Shown here one piece after another: positions 47,457-58,006 of a stretch of DNA of 64,000 nucleotides; position 1 is the stretch's first letter; every line of letters begins with the position of its first letter. The notes under the pieces are model-generated. The model did not search any database, was not told the origin of the DNA, and worked only from the letters and a program-made list of their open reading frames with translations. Source of the stretch: an uncultured Planctomycetaceae bacterium (lineage in GTDB: Bacteria > Planctomycetota > Planctomycetia > Planctomycetales > Planctomycetaceae). The position numbers and the translations under genes are program-made. The DNA lies in contig CAXBME010000001.1 in the NCBI GenBank assembly GCA_963976765.1, positions 62,001-126,000 on the forward strand, read 5' to 3'.

Positions 47457-50033
47457 ATGCGTGTAAACCGGGCGACACTTCTGCTGAATGCAGTTCTTAT
47501 CGTGATGGCAGGCGGGATTTTTGTTTCCGGCCAATCGACATTCGCCAGTGACGAAAAAGCGACCGTTGTGAAGGCGACGTCGGCTAATGAGGCCGACACA
47601 TACTCTCGTGACATTCAGCCTTTGCTGCAGAAGCTTTGTGCTGGTTGTCACGGCGTAAATAAGCCCAAAGGGCATTTGCAGATCGACATGCTGAGTCGTG
47701 AATTGGCAGCCGGCCATGATGCAGAATCCTGGCAGGATGTGCTGGATCGAGTGAATCTTGGTGAAATGCCGCCGCCGAAGGCGCCCCAGCCGACGCAGAC
47801 AGAGCGACAGATTCTTGTCCGGTGGCTGACGGACGGTCTTCGTCAAGCGGCTGAGTCCCGAATGAACTCGAGCGGTCGAGTCGTCATGCGGCGACTGACT
47901 CGGTACGAATATCAGAACACGATGCGCGACCTGCTCGGCGTTGATTTGAACTATTCAGCCGAGCTTCCGCCGGAGCCGCTGTCGCCCGACGGTTTTCTGA
48001 ACAACGGTGCGTCGCTTGAAATGTCTCCGTCGCAGATCGAAGTCTTTCTTCGTGCGGCACGTCTGGGACTGGCTGAAGCGATTGTTTCAGGTGATCCGCC
48101 AGCGGTTCATCGTTATCACAAAAAAGAAACCGACGTTGGTCGGTTGCCGAACAAACCAGTTGCCGGGCACGAGCCTGCGAATCCCGAATTCATTCTGGGG
48201 GTTGATACGTTTCCTCGGCGGGGAGAGTTCGAAATTCGCGTTCGGGCTGGAGCGGTCATCCCTGAAGGCCATGACTTTCCGCGACTTCGAGTTTCGCTCG
48301 GGTGTCTGCCGGGAATCATTCACGTGCCGCGAAAGGTCGTCGGTGAAGTTGACGTTCGAGCGTCCTCAGAAGAGCCGGAAGCGTTTTCTTTCCGAGGCCG
48401 TATCGAGGACTTTCCACAGCCCGGCGATGTTCCTTTTGGGAATGTCGACTTCGACGGGATGATGGTGCTGATTGATTTTCTGGATGCAGATGGCAAAGAG
48501 CTGCGGTATGCCGACCGAAGTTACGCCGTTCCGCCGGTCAAGAAGGCGCCTGTTAAAAAAGGAACGAAGTCAAATTCGACCGGAGCCGTTTACCCGGCGC
48601 CGCCTCCGTCACCCGAAAATCCACGGCTGGATATCGTCATCAAGTCCGTCGAGTTTGAATCGCCAGTAATCACCGCCTGGCCGCCAAAAAGTCACACGGA
48701 CATTCTGTTTGCTGGAGATGCAAAGCCACAAACTCCTGCCGACGAGCTGATCTACGTGCAGGATGTACTTGGCCGATTCGCGTCGCGAGCGTTTCGGCGA
48801 CCGGTCTCAGAAAGCGAGTTGGAAGCTACTGCCGAATTCTTCAGGACGATTCGTACTGAGTCGTCCAGTTTTGAAGAGGCGATGCGCGAGACGCTGGCGT
48901 TGGTAATGGTCTCACCACACTTTCTCTATATCGTCGAGACAAAGAGTGAATCTGACAATTCGATGCACGCAGGCAACCAGACGATAAGTGACTTCGAACT
49001 GGCGTCGCGTCTGTCCTACTTTTTGTGGAGTTCGATGCCGGATGAACGGCTGTTTGATCTCGGCAGAAACAAAGAACTGAGCAAACCGGGAGTCCTTGAG
49101 GGTGAAGTTCGTCGAATGCTGACCGACGAGCGTTCATCGGAGTTTATTGCAAGATTTGCTGACCAGTGGTTTGATCTTGGAGCACTCGATCGCGTCGCTG
49201 TGAATCCGGAGTTCTATCCGGAATTCGACAACACATTGAAGCCACAGATGGCTGAGCAGACTCGCAATTTTCTCGCGGAGCTGCTCCGCTCGAACGAGAG
49301 TTGTCTCGACCTGCTGGATTCAAACTGGACGATGTTGAACCGGTCGCTGGCCAGGCATTACGGAATGACTGGGCCGAGGTCTTCCGAATTCGAACGCGTC
49401 GCGCTTGTCGAACAAAGACAACGAGGAGGCTTACTGGGGCAGGGGGCATTTCTGTTGAGTAACTCCGACGGCGAGCAGGCTCATCCGATTAAGCGGGCCG
49501 TCTGGATTCTTGACCGGCTGCTGGATTCTCCTCCGGCTCCGCCGCCGCCAGACGTGCCGGAGCTGGATTCTGCGAGCCCGAACCTGGCGGGACTTTCGCT
49601 GAAGGAACAACTCGCCGCGCACCGAGACAAAGAGGCTTGCGGGGATTGCCACCGAGGTATCGATCCGTGGGGAATTCCGCTTGAGAATTTCAACGCAGTC
49701 GGACTGTGGCAGACAGAGTCCACGATTCGGCGAGCCGGCAAAGCCAAAGCGAAAGTAACGACGGGGGCTCCGGTCGATGCGTCAAGCGTTCTGCCCGATG
49801 GAACGAAAATAGTCGGGCTTGACGAGTTGAAGGTTTATCTTCGAGAGAACCGCCGCGATCTTTTTGCACGAGCTGTCGTACGTCGATTGGCCACCTATGC
49901 TTTGGGGCGTTCGCTTGATCTCGGCGATCGCAAAACGATTGATGAACTCACGACTGTTTTCATCGAATCGGATTTTCGTTTAAATCAATTGATCGTCTCA
50001 CTTGTGAAGAGTGATTCATTTCTGACGAAATAG
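47457..50033 (+). CDS. Planctomycete cytochrome c domain protein (DUF1587/1592/1588/1595/1585 architecture)
   Basis: Signal peptide, CAGCH...EMPP, RRLTRYEYQNTMRDL, AFRRP, ELASRLSYFLWSSMPD, HPIKRAVWIL, CGDCHRGIDPWG, YALGR. Confidence 0.92.
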   Translation: MRVNRATLLLNAVLIVMAGGIFVSGQSTFASDEKATVVKATSANEADTYSRDIQPLLQKLCAGCHGVNKPKGHLQIDMLSRELAAGHDAESWQDVLDRVNLGEMPPPKAPQPTQTERQILVRWLTDGLRQAAESRMNSSGRVVMRRLTRYEYQNTMRDLLGVDLNYSAELPPEPLSPDGFLNNGASLEMSPSQIEVFLRAARLGLAEAIVSGDPPAVHRYHKKETDVGRLPNKPVAGHEPANPEFILGVDTFPRRGEFEIRVRAGAVIPEGHDFPRLRVSLGCLPGIIHVPRKVVGEVDVRASSEEPEAFSFRGRIEDFPQPGDVPFGNVDFDGMMVLIDFLDADGKELRYADRSYAVPPVKKAPVKKGTKSNSTGAVYPAPPPSPENPRLDIVIKSVEFESPVITAWPPKSHTDILFAGDAKPQTPADELIYVQDVLGRFASRAFRRPVSESELEATAEFFRTIRTESSSFEEAMRETLALVMVSPHFLYIVETKSESDNSMHAGNQTISDFELASRLSYFLWSSMPDERLFDLGRNKELSKPGVLEGEVRRMLTDERSSEFIARFADQWFDLGALDRVAVNPEFYPEFDNTLKPQMAEQTRNFLAELLRSNESCLDLLDSNWTMLNRSLARHYGMTGPRSSEFERVALVEQRQRGGLLGQGAFLLSNSDGEQAHPIKRAVWILDRLLDSPPAPPPPDVPELDSASPNLAGLSLKEQLAAHRDKEACGDCHRGIDPWGIPLENFNAVGLWQTESTIRRAGKAKAKVTTGAPVDASSVLPDGTKIVGLDELKVYLRENRRDLFARAVVRRLATYALGRSLDLGDRKTIDELTTVFIESDFRLNQLIVSLVKSDSFLTK

Positions 50034-50055
50034 CATTTCTGCAGATAGCGGCCCC

Positions 50056-51378
50056 ATGAAAAAATCCTGGCATCTTGATCGTCGTGCTGTGTTAAAAGGT
50101 GCGGGTGTCGCACTGACTTTGCCCCTTCTTGAAGGCATGGTCTGCGGCGCTGGTCCGAAGGCTGATGACCAGCCGAAACGGATCTGCTCGGTAATGTTTC
50201 CGTACGGAATTGCCGTGCCGAACGACGACGACCCGGAGCGTGACTGGGGATGGTTTCCTCGCGGCGAAGGTAAGGATTACCAGCTAACCAACGTACTGAA
50301 GCCACTTGAGCCGTTAATGGATCAGGTGTCGATCTTCGGCGGCTTGTCGCACCCGAACTGTCGAGCCATGAACGGGCACGACACCGGCGACACTTTTTTG
50401 ACCGCGAACAACCTCGAGGCCGGTTCGTACCGCAACAGAATTTCGCTGGACCAGTTTGTCGCTCAACGATTGGGTGACGAGACTCGAATTCGATCATTGA
50501 CGTTGTCGACTGATGGGGGCATCGGGCCGCGAACTCGTTCGACCACTCTCTCTTACACACCCAAAGGTCAGCCGATTCCTGCTTTGTCCGAACCGAAGCT
50601 GATTTTTCAGCGGCTTTTCGGGCAGGACGACGCGAGTCAGTCAGATCGTCGCCGACTGCAGAATTCGGCGAGCATCCTGGATCTTGTACGCGACCAGTCG
50701 AAGTCGTTGCGGAAGAATCTTGGAAAGCCGGACCAACGAAAGCTCGACGAGTTTGAAACGTCGGTCCGCGAAGTGGAAGAGCGAGTCGAGCGTTCTCAAC
50801 GCTGGCTGTCGATACCGTTGCCAGATGTTGATCCATCCTCGATAGCGCTCGACGCAGACCCAGACGGGCCGAAGGACTACATCCGAGCCATCTATGATCT
50901 GATGTTCCTGGCGTTTCAGACGGACATGACTCGTGTCGCGACTTACCAGATCGGCAGCTACGGGCCGACGATCGCTCGCACGTTTCCGGCGTGCATTGGG
51001 TTGCCTGGTAACTGGCATGGCCTGGCTCACGGAGCCGGGAAAAAAGGTGGCGCCGAGCAGATGGGCAAGTTCGACCAGTTCCTCGCCCAGAATCTTTCTC
51101 GCTTCCTGACTCGACTTCAGGAAACACCCGAAGGTGATGGGGCTATGCTGGATCGAACGCTCGTGCTTTACGGCAGTAGTAATAGCCGGACTCACCTGAA
51201 TCGGAATTATCCGTTGTTGCTGGCGGGTGGCGGGCAGCTTGGACTGAAGCACAACCACTATCTGAAGTTCGACGAGAAGACTCCGATGTCCAACCTTTTC
51301 GTCTCGATGATCCAGGCGGTCGGGCTGGAAGTCGACGCGTTTGCTGACAGCAAGGGGACGCTTGCCGGGCTGAGCTGA
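50056..51378 (+). CDS. DUF1552 domain protein
   Basis: Tat-like LDRRAVLKGAGVALTLPLLEGM, SLDQ, FQRLFG, SILDLV, AFQTDMTRVAT, MLDRTLVLYGS; usual partner of the upstream gene. Confidence 0.92.
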   Translation: MKKSWHLDRRAVLKGAGVALTLPLLEGMVCGAGPKADDQPKRICSVMFPYGIAVPNDDDPERDWGWFPRGEGKDYQLTNVLKPLEPLMDQVSIFGGLSHPNCRAMNGHDTGDTFLTANNLEAGSYRNRISLDQFVAQRLGDETRIRSLTLSTDGGIGPRTRSTTLSYTPKGQPIPALSEPKLIFQRLFGQDDASQSDRRRLQNSASILDLVRDQSKSLRKNLGKPDQRKLDEFETSVREVEERVERSQRWLSIPLPDVDPSSIALDADPDGPKDYIRAIYDLMFLAFQTDMTRVATYQIGSYGPTIARTFPACIGLPGNWHGLAHGAGKKGGAEQMGKFDQFLAQNLSRFLTRLQETPEGDGAMLDRTLVLYGSSNSRTHLNRNYPLLLAGGGQLGLKHNHYLKFDEKTPMSNLFVSMIQAVGLEVDAFADSKGTLAGLS

Positions 51379-51487
51379 AGTCGTCTCCGATCTGCCTTCA
51401 GTCGTACGGTGAGTCTTGACGTACCTTAAGGGGATGCGAATTCGGTGATGCGACGAGACGCACTCTCCGATTCAGTCATCGTAAATA

Positions 51488-51523
51488 GAAAAACGCCGGC
51501 TTTGCTTAGTGCGAAGCCGGCGT
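51488..51523 (-). terminator. Rho-independent terminator after rpoD
   Basis: acgccggctttgc-ttagt-gcgaagccggcgt stem with an adjacent A-tract (U-tract on the minus strand). Confidence 0.85.
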
Positions 51524-51544
51524 CTTGAGTTTGTTCAGATGTTG

Positions 51545-53194
51545 TCAGTACGCGGCGGTCAGGCTTTCCAGGAAGCCTTTGAGCTGGCGACTGCGGACCG
51601 GGTGTTGCAGTTTGCGGACGGCTTTGGCCTCAATCTGGCGAACCCGTTCGCGAGTTACCTTGAAAATGCGACCAACTTCTTCCAGCGTGTAGGTGTAGCC
51701 GTCGCCCAGGCCGTATCGCAGCTTGATGATCTCTCGTTCGCGATAGGTCAGCGTTTTCAGAACATAGTCGATTTTGTCTTTGAGCATTTCCTGAGCGGCT
51801 GAACTGACCGGGCTGTCGGTTGACTGGTCTTCGATAAAGTCTCCGAAATAGCTGTCTTCGCTCTCACCAACTGGCCGGTCGAGGCTCACCGGATGTCGAG
51901 AGATATTCAGAACTCGACGAGCTTCTTCGACGGAGATATTCGCTGCTGCGGCCGTTTCTTCAACGGTCGGTTCGCGACCGAGTTCCTGGAGCAGTTCTTT
52001 GCTGACTCGTCGCAGAGCCGACATCGTTTCGATCATGTGAACCGGGATTCGGATCGTGCGTGCCTGGTCGGCGATGGCTCGCGTGATGGCTTGACGGATC
52101 CACCAGGTCGCGTATGTCGAGAACTTATAGCCACGGCGGTATTCGTATTTATCAACTGCCCGCATCAGGCCGCTGTTACCTTCCTGAATCAGGTCAAGGA
52201 AGCTTAGTCCACGGTTGCGATACTTCTTGGCGATCGACACGACCAGTCGCAGGTTACCGCCGGACAGATCCTGCATAGCGAGTTCATACTCGGAGAAGCG
52301 AGCCTTGATGCGCCGCACGCGTTCGCGCAATGCCTGTGGCGTTTCCAAGGTGATAAGCATCAAGTCACGCAGCTCGTTCTGGATGTTCTCTTTTTCAGAT
52401 GCCGCCGCTGGCAGATTTCGGATGCGACCAAGTCGTCGCTCCAGGTCGGTCATTCGCTGACTGATCTGCTCGATACGTTTCATGATGGGAGCAAGACGTT
52501 GTGTGCGGATGCTCAACTCTTCGACCAGGATAACCATCTTACGCCGTCTTGCCTTCAGTTTTCGTTCGCGTTCGCGGCGTTCTTCGTTGGGGATCGAGTG
52601 GTCAAGGATCAGCGTTTCGGCTTCCTGGACGTAAGCCCGCCGCATGTTCTCAAGCGTGCGCAGGTTGTGCGGCATGCGAGCCATGATCTGCGTTTTTTCC
52701 AGCCCCTCGGTGACTGACACCTTGATGGTTCGGTCAAAGGGAAGGTCAGCCGTGTGAACCATCGAAAGTACGTCGATGGTTGACTTCATGGCGTAGTCGC
52801 TTTCCATCAATTCTCGACGGAACCGCTTGCGAGTGATTTCAATCTTCTTGGCGAGTGCAATTTCTTCTTCACGAGTCAGCAGCGGGATCTCGCCCATCTG
52901 TGTGAGATACATGCGGATCGGGTCTTCAATTTTACGACTGCCTTCTTCGGCCTCGAAGTCGATGCCGTCGATCGGCTTGATCTTCTGCTTCTTCTTTTTT
53001 TCGTACGTGGTCAATGATTCCTCGTCGGCCACGATCTCCATATTGAGGTCGTCGATGGCCATGAGGAGGTTGTCGAGTTTCTCCGGACTGACTGCTTCGT
53101 TCGGCAGATAGTTGAAAATCTGCGAGAACTTCAGGTGGCCCTGACGGGTGCCGGCGGTGATCAGTTCGTTGAGAGTTTCGTCGACTGTATGCAC
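51545..53194 (-). CDS. rpoD: Primary sigma-70 factor RpoD
   Basis: [58 protein letters not shown]; downstream of dnaG. Confidence 0.97.
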   Translation of the reverse strand: MHTVDETLNELITAGTRQGHLKFSQIFNYLPNEAVSPEKLDNLLMAIDDLNMEIVADEESLTTYEKKKKQKIKPIDGIDFEAEEGSRKIEDPIRMYLTQMGEIPLLTREEEIALAKKIEITRKRFRRELMESDYAMKSTIDVLSMVHTADLPFDRTIKVSVTEGLEKTQIMARMPHNLRTLENMRRAYVQEAETLILDHSIPNEERRERERKLKARRRKMVILVEELSIRTQRLAPIMKRIEQISQRMTDLERRLGRIRNLPAAASEKENIQNELRDLMLITLETPQALRERVRRIKARFSEYELAMQDLSGGNLRLVVSIAKKYRNRGLSFLDLIQEGNSGLMRAVDKYEYRRGYKFSTYATWWIRQAITRAIADQARTIRIPVHMIETMSALRRVSKELLQELGREPTVEETAAAANISVEEARRVLNISRHPVSLDRPVGESEDSYFGDFIEDQSTDSPVSSAAQEMLKDKIDYVLKTLTYREREIIKLRYGLGDGYTYTLEEVGRIFKVTRERVRQIEAKAVRKLQHPVRSRQLKGFLESLTAAY

Positions 53195-53313
53195 GAGCTA
53201 TTCCTTTGAAAGAAGACTGTAGTGCAGCATCGTTTGATGGTTGCCCGCCAGATGACGCTGTTGAAACTGCGAACGGCTCTGCCGCTCCGCAACTTCGTCA
53301 GACAAATTCTGAC

Positions 53314-55215
53314 CTACCGCTGGTTCATGACTCGCTTGCGATGAAACGCTGCCGCTTTCTGCAGCATGGAGAGTGCATCGGCGCCCTCGCCACTCATCGC
53401 CTGCTTCTGGAAATCTGCTTTGTGAGACAGCTCCTCTCGTCTCCACTTCAGAGCGCCCAGAACCTGATCAAGCAGGTTTGAAGCACCGCCATCCGTGTTC
53501 TCTCGGAGCTTGTGCTCGATTCCCTTCTCGCGAGCCTGATCCGCCAGCCAGACGGTCATTCCTTTCAGCTCGTTCCGCTCCATTTCCAAAGTCACACGCT
53601 CAAATGAAGGTACTTCACCCAGCTCGACCACGTCGTAGACAATCTGGAGTAACTCACGTAAGTGCGGATTCAGAAAATCATCAACTCCAATTTCCTGTCG
53701 AGTCTGCTCAGCCAGTTCCGGCTCCGTGAGCAGAATCTCCAGCAGCTCGCATTCCATCCGGTCGTTCTTCGAGAGCGGTCGCCGGTGAACTTCGATCCGC
53801 TCTTCCTGCACAATGGCAGGTTGTTCTTCCTGTGCCTCTCCAGCCAATTGGTTGGGTGTGACAGTTAATGTGGCGTGGGGGATGCTCGGATTCATTGGAG
53901 CATTCGCACGAGCCCGCTGTAGCTGATTTCGAATGGTCCCTTCTGTTAGCTGCAGACGTTGTGCCAACCGACCCAGAATGATGTCTTCGCGAGCCGTGCC
54001 TCTGAGGTCAGAAGCACGCGCCAGCAGGTTCAGCATTTCCGTAATGACCGTTTCTCGAGAGTTGACCGAGTCCAGTCCGTGTTTCTTGACTTCGTAGTTG
54101 AATCGAAATTCCCAGGCTTCCGGAGCTTTGTCGACGAGCGTATTGAAGGCCTCGGTTCCGTTTTTCTTAAGAAAATCGTCCGGGTCGGCGCCTTCTGGCA
54201 GAGTCAGAACTCGAAGGTCGACACTCTGTCCGATCAGCATTCCAACCGCTTTTGCCGCTGCGTTCTGGCCAGCGTCGTCGCCGTCGTAGACCATCACCAC
54301 CTTCTGAGCGAATGCTTTAAGGCGGTTGCAGTGAAGTTCCGTCAGTGCTGTTCCCAAGGTGGCGACGACGTTTTTGACACCGAACTGGTGACACGCGACG
54401 CAATCGGCATAACCCTCGACAACGAGCACCGAGTTCGTATCACGAATTCCGTCGCGAGCGTTTGGTAGACCGTATAGAACACGACTCTTGTGAAAGACCG
54501 GTGATTCTTTGCTGTTAAAATATTTTCCGCCTCGCTCTTTGTGTCCGGGGATGAGGCGTCCCCCAAATGCAACAGTCCGTCGTCGTTCGTCGTGAATCGG
54601 AAACAGAACCCGATCAACGAAATAATCGGAATATCCAGGCCGGTCGTCCTGCTTCCGGATCAGTTGCGACTGATGAAGTGCCTCGATTGAGAACTGCGAT
54701 TTTGCTTTTCGCTGGAGCCAGTCCCAGTCTTCCGGGTGGTATCCGAGGCGAAACTCTTCGACGGTTTGCTGGCTGTAACCGCGGCCAGCAATGTAGTCCC
54801 GAGCGTCTTTCGCTTCGCTGCTCTTCAGGAAGCATTCGTGAAACTGCATTTCCGCCCATTTCAAAACGGCGTGCAGTTCGTCTTTCTTCGCAAATTGTTC
54901 CGACTGGTGTTTTGACTGCTCCGGCATCTCCAGGTGAGCACGTTCGGCGAGAAACCGCATCGTTTCCGGAAAACTGAGTGCTTCACGCTTCATGATCCAG
55001 GTGAAGACGTCTCCGCCTGTGTCGCAAACCCAGCAGCGAAAGCTTTGTCGGTCAGGGTAGACCCTCATCGAGGGGTTGGTGTCGTCGTGAAACGGGCACA
55101 GGCATTTATATTCCGCTCCGCCCCGCTCGGGGATGAGCGTCGTGGATTCGCCAATGAGACTGACGATTTCGGTCCGGGATCGGACCAGTTCTTTGAAATC
55201 GCTGCTCAACTCCAC
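53314..55215 (-). CDS. dnaG: DNA primase
   Basis: CPFHDDTNPS...CWVC zinc finger, FGGR, KYFNS, VEGYAD, LGTALT, YDGDDAG TOPRIM; GTG start with AGGAG RBS. Confidence 0.97.
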   Translation of the reverse strand: MELSSDFKELVRSRTEIVSLIGESTTLIPERGGAEYKCLCPFHDDTNPSMRVYPDRQSFRCWVCDTGGDVFTWIMKREALSFPETMRFLAERAHLEMPEQSKHQSEQFAKKDELHAVLKWAEMQFHECFLKSSEAKDARDYIAGRGYSQQTVEEFRLGYHPEDWDWLQRKAKSQFSIEALHQSQLIRKQDDRPGYSDYFVDRVLFPIHDERRRTVAFGGRLIPGHKERGGKYFNSKESPVFHKSRVLYGLPNARDGIRDTNSVLVVEGYADCVACHQFGVKNVVATLGTALTELHCNRLKAFAQKVVMVYDGDDAGQNAAAKAVGMLIGQSVDLRVLTLPEGADPDDFLKKNGTEAFNTLVDKAPEAWEFRFNYEVKKHGLDSVNSRETVITEMLNLLARASDLRGTAREDIILGRLAQRLQLTEGTIRNQLQRARANAPMNPSIPHATLTVTPNQLAGEAQEEQPAIVQEERIEVHRRPLSKNDRMECELLEILLTEPELAEQTRQEIGVDDFLNPHLRELLQIVYDVVELGEVPSFERVTLEMERNELKGMTVWLADQAREKGIEHKLRENTDGGASNLLDQVLGALKWRREELSHKADFQKQAMSGEGADALSMLQKAAAFHRKRVMNQR

Positions 55216-55507
55216 AGCCTGCGACTCCTGATCCCGGATGGCCTCGAAACTGCAACGTCCGTCCCGGATGCCGAGTCAGGCTGACTCGACCGCAGTTCAA
55301 GAGGCATCCCATGCCTGAAAATGGAAACTTGAGTAGACCGGATGGGTTGACCTTCAGTGGGCAACGACCGGGAACGCTGACAGAACTGAACTTGTGAACC
55401 GCTTGACGATCGAGCGTTCGGCGTCGTGTGGTAACAGTTCTGCAGGTTCGGCAGCCTTCCTGGCTTAACGACTCCAAGGCTTCCTTTTAGCTGGGCCGAA
55501 CATTGCA

Positions 55508-55535
55508 ATTCTACACCGCGCCTCTGAATGATCAA
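55508..55535 (-). promoter_or_regulatory. Candidate sigma70 promoter for dnaG-rpoD
   Basis: Minus strand TTGATC-N16-TAGAAT, about 290 nt upstream of the dnaG start. Confidence 0.4.
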
Positions 55536-55949
55536 GAATTCTTCTGCAAGGTTGCGCTGACTGGCGGCTCGATAAACTCATATCAGTAAATAACTTCAGA
55601 GTTTTCGAAATCGCGCAGGTCACCTCTGACCGGAAAAGTCGAGGCAGATTACGTCCGTGCCCCAACTCCTGCAACGATATCAGGCTATGACGAAAGTACT
55701 GATTAAACAGGACACTTAGTTAATGAACATGTGAGCCCAGGACTGAAACCAGTGACGTAAGAGGCTCATCGATCTTGTCGGCGGCGGTTCTGTTCGGTTA
55801 TCAAAGGCCGCAATCCGGCGTGCCGGAAGATTTGGGAACTTGAGTTGTGGGATTACCGACTTAAGGCACGTTGTTTATCAAGAAAGGTGGCGCTGATTGC
55901 CTGTAATCAGTGTCGCGAAGCGACAAGAGAAATGTCAAAGTTTGCTTCC

Positions 55950-55999
55950 GGTGGCCTCTTGCGGCTGCGCCGTACAGGTTGCAAGCAACCGGTGCCACC
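55950..55999. repeat. REP-like palindromic element upstream of the SecA paralog
   Basis: Terminal ggtggc...gccacc and internal ggttgc-aa-gcaacc palindrome. Confidence 0.5.
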
Positions 56000-56042
56000 C
56001 AGAACAACGACGGAGAGCGGAAGGCGACAAGGAGCAAGCATC

Positions 56043-57977
56043 ATGATCGGGCAGGCAATTCATTACGCAAAAGGGGCTGGCGTTCCGTCGAAGTCACGGC
56101 TGTCCCGCTGGAGAGCGACGGCGCACCGCGTCTTGAAAGAGTCGCAGAAATTCGCGTCGTACAGCGACGAAGAGTTGCTGAACCATGCTCGCGACGCTCG
56201 CTGGCGTGCGAAGACGGGCGTCCCACTGAAGAGTCTGATGGTCGAAGTTTTTGCGATGGGCGTTGAAGCGTCGCGCCGCAAGCTCGGCATGGAGCACTAC
56301 CCCGTTCAGATCATGGGCGGTATCGCGATTTTCGAAGGTGGCATCGCAGAGCTTCAGACAGGCGAAGGCAAAACGCTGACGGCAACACTGCCGACAATTC
56401 TTCGAGCGTTGCCTGGCAAAGGAGCACACGTCGTCACAGTCAACGACTATCTGGCCGAGCGTGACGCTGCCGAAATGGCTCCCGTTTACGAAGCCCTCGG
56501 CATGACCGTCGGCGGAATTCTCACGCCGATGGAATCAGACGAGCGGCGCGAGAGCTATGCCAAAGACATTACGTACGGGACGGCGAAGGAGTTCGGTTTC
56601 GACCTGCTGCGCGATCGGCTCCGTCAGGGAGTTGCGGCTGGTGGCGAGAAGCGCCGAACTTTGTTTTCTGACCAGACCGGTGGCGAGGCTCCGGTTCAGC
56701 GCGGCCATTACGCTGTGCTGATCGACGAAGCCGACAGCATTCTCATTGATGAAGCAAGAACGCCACTGATCATCGGCTTGACGATGCCCAATGACGCGGG
56801 AACGGTCAGCCTGTTTCGATGGTGCCACCGTGCCGTGTCGCATCTCGAAGCGAACGTCGATTTTGTTTACGAGCCCGAGCGACGGTCTGCCTACTTGACG
56901 GATCAGGGATGCCGAAAGGTTTTGTTGCTGGGCAAGCCTGCGCTGATCGATTCGATCGACACCGAGCGAATCTACAAACACGTCGAGCAGGCACTGACCG
57001 CGAAGTTCGCCTTTGTCCGAGACCGCGATTACGTCGTCGTCGACAATGAGATCAGCATCGTCGACGAAGGTACTGGTAGAATCATGGAAGGTCGAAAGTG
57101 GCAGGACGGGCTGCATCAGTCGATCGAGGCGAAAGAGCTTGTCCCCATCACGGCAGCATCGGGCGAAGCGGCTCGAGTTACAGTGCAGAATTTCTTTCGG
57201 CTGTACTCAAACATTGGTGGCATGACCGGAACCGCAGTGCAGTGTGCCAGCGAAATTCGCCGTGTTTACGGTCTTAAAGTCACGGCGATTCCGACTCACC
57301 GACCGTGCATTCGACGACTCAACAGGCCGCGAGTCTTCGCAACGATGGAAGCGAAGTGGCGAGCGGTCACCGACGAGATCGAGCAGCTCGTTAACAATGA
57401 TCGAGCCGTTCTTGTCGGAACGCCGTCGGTCGACGCGTCGGAAGCGCTCGGGCGAATGCTCAAGGATAAAGGTATCAAGCACGAAATTCTGAACGCGCGG
57501 TATCTTGAACAGGAAGCGGAGATTGTTGGCAACGCGGGTGAACCTGGTCGAGTCATCGTCGCTACAAACATGGCCGGACGAGGAACCGACATCAAACTGT
57601 CTGACGCGTTGAAAAAGGCCGGCGGCTTACAGGTCATCGCCACGGAGATGCATTCTTCGAAACGAATCGATCGGCAGTTGATCGGTCGAGCAGCTCGACA
57701 GGGCGATCCGGGGGGGTATCAGTTTTTCCTTTCGCTTGAGGATGAACTGATGCGCTGCCACACGCCGGAGAAAATGGCAAAGAAAAAGAAACAGGCCAGC
57801 CCCAACGCGCATGGAGAACTTGGTGCAAGCTGGATTGGGTTTTTCACAAAGACTCAACGTCAGCTCGAAAAACTGCATTACAAGCAGCGCAAAGACATGA
57901 TGAAACAGGACAAGCACCGTTCTGAGTCGTACCGCAGAATGGGACTCGATCCGTGCCTTGAGTTGACCGAGAACTAA
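56043..57977 (+). CDS. Truncated SecA paralog (DEAD motor + preprotein cross-linking domain, short C-terminus; 644 aa)
   Basis: ELQTGEGKTL, HVVTVNDYLAERD, DEADSILIDEARTPLII, GLHQSIEAKE, GMTGTA, ATNMAGRGTDI, RIDRQLIGRAARQGDPG, LSLEDELM; ends about 70 aa later. Confidence 0.92.
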   Translation: MIGQAIHYAKGAGVPSKSRLSRWRATAHRVLKESQKFASYSDEELLNHARDARWRAKTGVPLKSLMVEVFAMGVEASRRKLGMEHYPVQIMGGIAIFEGGIAELQTGEGKTLTATLPTILRALPGKGAHVVTVNDYLAERDAAEMAPVYEALGMTVGGILTPMESDERRESYAKDITYGTAKEFGFDLLRDRLRQGVAAGGEKRRTLFSDQTGGEAPVQRGHYAVLIDEADSILIDEARTPLIIGLTMPNDAGTVSLFRWCHRAVSHLEANVDFVYEPERRSAYLTDQGCRKVLLLGKPALIDSIDTERIYKHVEQALTAKFAFVRDRDYVVVDNEISIVDEGTGRIMEGRKWQDGLHQSIEAKELVPITAASGEAARVTVQNFFRLYSNIGGMTGTAVQCASEIRRVYGLKVTAIPTHRPCIRRLNRPRVFATMEAKWRAVTDEIEQLVNNDRAVLVGTPSVDASEALGRMLKDKGIKHEILNARYLEQEAEIVGNAGEPGRVIVATNMAGRGTDIKLSDALKKAGGLQVIATEMHSSKRIDRQLIGRAARQGDPGGYQFFLSLEDELMRCHTPEKMAKKKKQASPNAHGELGASWIGFFTKTQRQLEKLHYKQRKDMMKQDKHRSESYRRMGLDPCLELTEN

Positions 57978-58006
57978 GTCTCGCTGGTTACCTTCTTCAT
58001 CGGAAA

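Noticed and set aside
49985..51127. 380-aa antisense ORF over DUF1552, and similar long shadow ORFs (15023-15898, 18793-19584, 22875-23669)
   Set aside because: They overlap well-supported genes on the opposite strand and show no family motifs; expected shadows in GC-rich coding DNA.
55809..55825. Sigma54-like CGGCACGCCGGATTGC on the minus strand
   Set aside because: GG-to-GC spacing is 11 nt, not the required 10.
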